Assembly (NCBI GenBank): GCA_964016885.1
Contig: OZ024757.1
Coordinates: 17,856,001 to 17,920,000 of the forward strand
DNA: 64,000 bases
Reading direction: 5' to 3'
DNA from: Eledone cirrhosa
Taxonomy: Eukaryota
The notes under the pieces are model-generated. The model worked only from the letters and a program-made list of their open reading frames with translations. It searched no databases and was not told the origin of the DNA. Made by a program: the position numbers and the translations under genes. Below are positions 63,030-64,000 of the stretch, in pieces. How positions within the stretch are numbered: position 1 is the first letter of the stretch; each line of letters begins with the position of its first letter.

Positions 63030-64000
63030 CCGTTGGTTTGTTTAATAACCAGATTATTAGATGAGAATTTTATGACCCTGACTATGTACTCCCGCTATGT
63101 AGATGACATAAATATCGTAGTAAAAACACCCCCACAGGAGAACAGTCAGGATTTAGAGAAGAACACCATGGAAAGCATCCAGCAAATAGCTAACTCCATC
63201 CACCAGAGTATTAAATTTACCATAGACTACCCAAATAAACACCCCAACCATAGATTATCTGTACTAGACACAGAACTCTGGTTGGAAACTATTAGTAATA
63301 GAACGCAAATCCTCCATTCGCATTATGCCAAACTAAAGACCTCCGAATACCTGATCCACTGAAACTCAGCTGTTTCGGACCACATAAAAAAATCAACATA
63401 CTGATTGTGGACTTAGTAAGAGTGGTGAGGAACGTGTCCCGCATGTGGAACCCCAAAGAATTAAAGAGACAACACTTCATCTACCACATGCAGTTCTCTG
63501 GCTACAATCAGAGAGACAAGATCAGGGTATATAAAGGAGCTAGAACCAAATGGGCGAAAATTGTAGAAAATGATGCAAATGGAACTTGCCCCATGTATAG
63601 GAGCAAATTTTGGAATAAGAGAGAAAGAATTAAGATGAAGACTAATAAAGTTAACTCATGCTATGATAGCAATAAATACTAGAGTGTGATGTTCGTCAAT
63701 ACAACCCCTAGAGGCAAACTACAAATTTAGAAGAGCTCTAGATAAACAAATATTAAGATAGCTGAAAGACCAGGTATTCCAATAAAAGACCTTATTAGTT
63801 GAACATATCCTCTAAAAACCCTGTACTAACTTCAAAACTAGGAACGTAGTCTATAGCATGAGATGTAGGGAGGGACAGTGTAGGAATAAGAACACAACTT
63901 ACATAGGTGAAACAGCCCGTAGCATAGGAGAAAGAATAAATGAACACTGGTGAAAAATCCAAAATGGGAAGAACTCATCAGTACTCCACCAACATGCTAA
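63030..64000 (+). mobile_element. Penelope-like element, RT C-terminus + GIY-YIG, decayed, runs off the right edge
   Basis: YSRYVDDINI, IANSIHQSIKFT, LSVLD, HYAK; NVVYSMRC..YIGETARSIGER; stops and frameshifts. Confidence 0.9.

Overview
AT-rich, microsatellite- and transposon-dense animal genomic DNA; the SINE content suggests a cephalopod such as an octopus (inference). The host genes are two tandem minus-strand DUF229-family paralogues (alkaline-phosphatase-superfamily, type II membrane proteins) at 6.3-8.3 kb and 16.8-18.8 kb. Each has one giant coding exon preceded by a phase-2 splice acceptor, and a phase-compatible start exon lies at 29.1 kb. The rest is repetitive: three tandem arrays (44, 49 and 71 bp units), a complete non-autonomous LTR element inserted in a Penelope GIY-YIG fragment, a Helitron nested in a solo LTR, Tx1/RTE/R4/CRE-like non-LTR fragments, many tRNA-derived SINEs, and several fold-back elements next to (TA)n that carry hammerhead ribozyme motifs. 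Four observations stand out: (1) a 22-kb, ~312-copy 71-bp satellite expanded in situ from the endonuclease-coding region of one CRE-like retrotransposon copy, with both parental flanks preserved and higher-order repeats emerging; (2) a duplicated, 32-nt extended tRNA-Trp primer-binding site with a substitution at the m1A58 position; (3) a possible shared first coding exon spliced to alternative DUF229 terminal exons; (4) two intact minimal type I hammerhead ribozymes. All family assignments come from manual motif recognition, not database searches.
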